This document shows, piece by piece, positions 63,701-64,000 of a DNA stretch of 64,000 nt. Source of the stretch: Dethiobacter alkaliphilus (GTDB taxonomy: Bacteria; Bacillota; Dethiobacteria; DTU022; UBA8154); NCBI GenBank assembly GCA_016841605.1, contig JAENYV010000001.1:165553-229552 (forward strand), read 5' to 3'. A program made the translations under genes and the position numbers. Position 1 is the first letter of the stretch. Each line of letters opens with the position of its first letter. Under the pieces are notes generated by a model. It saw nothing but the letters and a program-made list of their open reading frames with translations, was not told the DNA's origin and did not search any database.

Positions 63701-64000
63701 CCCAGACGGAACAGACCTACACGTTCAATGAAACTCAGTATACCGGTCAAGTGGGCAACTACTGGAGCGACTATACCGGTACGGATGCGGATAGTAACGG
63801 CATCGGTGATACGCCATACGGGACATTCACGAACGAGTATGACAACTATCCTTTGATGGGGCAATGGGAGAACGGCGTTATCACTGTGACCGAACCAACG
63901 CCGGTTTATTCAGTTCTTCCCGTAGCCGATGATGCTTATACTATTGGGACAACACCGGAAGGCATCAAAACCATGACCGTAAATGAAGGTAAAACAGGAT
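57784..64000 (+). CDS. Giant surface protein (at least 2072 aa, 3' end off-window): SP - FN3 - Oxidored_molyb-like - CHB_HEX_C - He_PIG - DUF1533 - BspA-type LRR block - DUF1533 - LRR block - NosD/PbH1 beta-helix
   Basis: It is not in the ORF track because no stop occurs before the window end. I translated frame 1 at lines 58141, 58201, 58261, 59581, 60361, 60421, 62941, 63601 and 63961 and found no stops. ATG 57784 lies 10 nt after AAAGGAG. The N-terminus MQTVKKRWWYRLVPSILSVLMIV..AAVYA is paralogous to the 44465 signal peptide. The 23-aa LRR unit is (LTS(V/I)TIP.SVTSIG..AF.GCS). The beta-helix part reads GDTIIVKDGTYTENVVVDKSLVIQSE... with N-rich turns. Confidence 0.85.
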   Translation, partial: MQTVKKRWWYRLVPSILSVLMIVCSFGMAAPAAVYAVDDIEPPAWPAESELTADVCGSSVTLSWPAATDNVGVVCYEVYKNDGLIDTVTGATQRSCTVSGLDPSVYTFGVQAVDDAGNHSEALTADATVEAVALTVTGDGVETPMTFSMTDLQEMEQYQHLYSSINTWPTKKWYAGEGVKLTDLLASAGIKDEATLITVKATDGYRMTFTRQELVEDPRYYYPGLRENAEYDGSIPGSPEGAQQVETIIALRSAQSNSLANMNTSDALHLLMGQRWVTEQTNNAFVKHTGTIEVSTEAPEKWANPIADPPSGIVPAGTGVIFDPVNINDMDGANFHYTTDGSDPTFESPMYNWIKYRWWFNRPDDLPIINHPINVDKSMTIKAVAIGFGREDSDILTFNYQVPLLIDTGNPANATENEAYAGHTFIAAGGVEPYSFAVTEGTLPAGMELNGAILEGTPTASGTSVFTVTVTDSANPANTGSHEFTMVVDEAGAAPPALTADTSDNKVGQAIDITFTDDAAWRAAVGGIKVNDTDLNGEQYTLGEGNINIIADVFTAAGDYVITVQATGYVDAAVTQTVTVASSDPDDFYVYQGILVAYYGSGGDVIIPDNLDITGIGGSAFSNLTSLTSISIPEGVTSIDNSAFRDCSNLVSAVIPGTITSIGNGIFYDCSSLTSVTIFEGVTGIGEQMFRNCTSLASLTIPNSVTGIGENAFLDCSGLTSLTIPGSVTDIGEGAFRGCSGLTSLSIPGSVTSMGRYAFRDCTSLTSVTISEGVTDIGEDAFNGCSGLTSIAIPGSVTGIGESAFSGCSGLTSVTISEGVISIGEDAFSGCSGLTSVTIPGSVTSIGTSVFNVCTSLTTINVNPSNLNYTGDGGVLFNKLLTVLECYPAGKTGEYIVPDGVEAIGESAFSSCINLGSLVFPDSVTSIGEYAFRNCSGLTAVTIPGSVTSMGRYAFRGCSGLTSLTISEGVTSIGEYAFRDCSGLTAVTIPGTITSFEDDAFQDCTSLTSVTISEGVTSIGSGAFNGCTSLTTVTIPNSVISIQSNAFSGCSSLNSVTIPNSVTIIDTYAFYGCSNLSSFTIPEGVTGIGRATFSGCSSLNYVTIPESVTIIDRDAFKDCVSLTFINIPDNVTSIGRSAFQGCTGFSLVTIPGSVTSIDRDAFSGCSNLTSINIPESVTTIGSNVFSGCSSLTVYGYDGSYAQSYASDNSIPFEVISGAFAPVLTPDTSDNKVGQAIDITFTDDAAWRAAVGGIKVNDTDLNGEQYTLGEGNINIIADVFTAAGDYVITVQATGYTDAVVIQTVTVASSDPDDFVVNEGILSAYQGSGGDVIIPDNLGITGIGEAVFENLISLTSIIIPEGVTTIGASAFRGCSNLGSITIPAGVTSIGIGAIRDCSSLTSVTIPEGVEDIGSYAFRGSNLSSITIPGSVAGIGNSAFRECSNLSSVILSEGVSTMGTYVFSECTSLSSITIPGSVTSIGSRMFNGCSSLTSVTLSEGVEEIGTYVFWNCSSLSSISIPGSVTSIGNSAFGGCTGLISVIIPDSITSLGTSIFSGCSNLTEVTLPDNLTGLPNSLFKDCSSLITVNIPESVTSIGDSVFSGCSSLTSINIPDSVTSILGSAFYNCSSLTSINIPDNITDIAGYLFYNCTSLVSITIPDNVTGIGFYAFKNCTNLSSIIIPSSVSNIANDAFQECSSLTIYGYEGSYAQSYASANSIPFVAIDPVIWYVDDSGSADFTAIQAAVTAADAGDTIIVKDGTYTENVVVDKSLVIQSENGAELTIVRAAASNADVFKVTAENVTIDGFSITGATSMGKSGIAVFGSTSGSCTIINNQCSENNQGITIEALTTDNTVADNICTLSGRYGIYLSNTTGNIITGNTCSNNTASSGFALYLADNADNNTVNDNITDSNNIGIRVKNADSNLLFNNTSSNNNYGLEIATGSLDNVFYLNNFVGNTSSQLSLGYGAVAGNFWNSQTEQTYTFNETQYTGQVGNYWSDYTGTDADSNGIGDTPYGTFTNEYDNYPLMGQWENGVITVTEPTPVYSVLPVADDAYTIGTTPEGIKTMTVNEGKTG
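59262..59547 (+). repeat. Dispersed direct repeat, copy A (DUF1533-like module), 2175 bp from copy B
   Basis: By eye, 59284-59490 is identical to 61459-61665 (207 bp), with few mismatches in the flanks. Antisense ORFs 59049-59447 and 61392-61622 share an identical 55-aa N-terminal translation. Confidence 0.85.
61437..61722 (+). repeat. Dispersed direct repeat, copy B
   Basis: See copy A. The offset is exactly 2175 bp (725 codons), so the frame is preserved. Confidence 0.85.

Noticed and set aside
57758-63864. Series of minus-strand ORFs with striking internal periodicity (e.g. 59784-60386 VTLPGIVTEVRPLQPLKA.. repeats, 60441-61203)
   Set aside because: They are the antisense shadow of the 69-bp (23-aa) BspA-type LRR repeats of the unlisted + strand giant ORF. 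The + frame gives canonical LRR consensus and is open for more than 6.2 kb.

Overview
The window looks like a chromosomal segment from a spore-former-type Firmicute, Clostridia or Peptococcaceae-like. This placement is an inference from SLH and copper-amine-oxidase-N-like wall-binding domains, frequent GTG/TTG starts behind strong AGGAGG-type RBSs, and gene content. No tools were run: all family calls come from motifs read by eye in the supplied translations.

Layout, left to right:
- (1) 1-6.3 kb: the right end of a Ter/TelA-associated 'biosynthetic module' (PRTase-like, HAD, TIGR00266/AIM24-like, internally duplicated YceG-like protein, TelA).
- (2) 6.3-7.3 kb: a rearrangement scar with an orphan tRNA 3' fragment and a 5'-truncated dctM.
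- (3) 7.3-14.2 kb: a sigma-54 activator plus a sigma-54 promoter driving a beta-oxidation-like operon (hbd, crotonase, OYE/Fe-S enoate reductase, EntE-like ligase).
- (4) 14.4-19.2 kb: a PHP phosphoesterase and an FbpABC-type ABC importer.
- (5) 19.2-23.5 kb: a class II lanthipeptide locus (LanM plus a Nif11-leader precursor).
- (6) 24.0-31.6 kb: an unusual operon of SAM-methyltransferase, stand-alone ketosynthase, 7TM histidine kinase, degenerate kinase and REC-HD-GYP regulator.
- (7) 31.7-44.2 kb: a Mo/W-flavoured metal-trafficking cluster. It holds a ModE-HTH::PBP regulator, a FecBCD-type importer, ModABC, a G3E-like GTPase, an ABC-like ATPase, a cytosolic PBP, a methyltransferase and a radical SAM enzyme.
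- (8) 44.2-64.0 kb: the most interesting region. A family of very large envelope proteins is built around a recurring 'Oxidored_molyb-like + CHB_HEX_C' cassette (five close copies plus two divergent). The cassette is displayed on an SLH protein, a C-terminally anchored protein, a wall-binding protein, a lipoprotein and a polytopic ECF-S-like membrane protein. These genes are interleaved with an ExbB/DUF2149 proton-channel pair and modD, and are driven by three copies of one conserved promoter/leader element.

The last gene (57784 to beyond 64000, at least 2072 aa) is absent from the ORF track because it runs off the window. No CRISPR array, rRNA, intact tRNA, transposase or integrase was seen.
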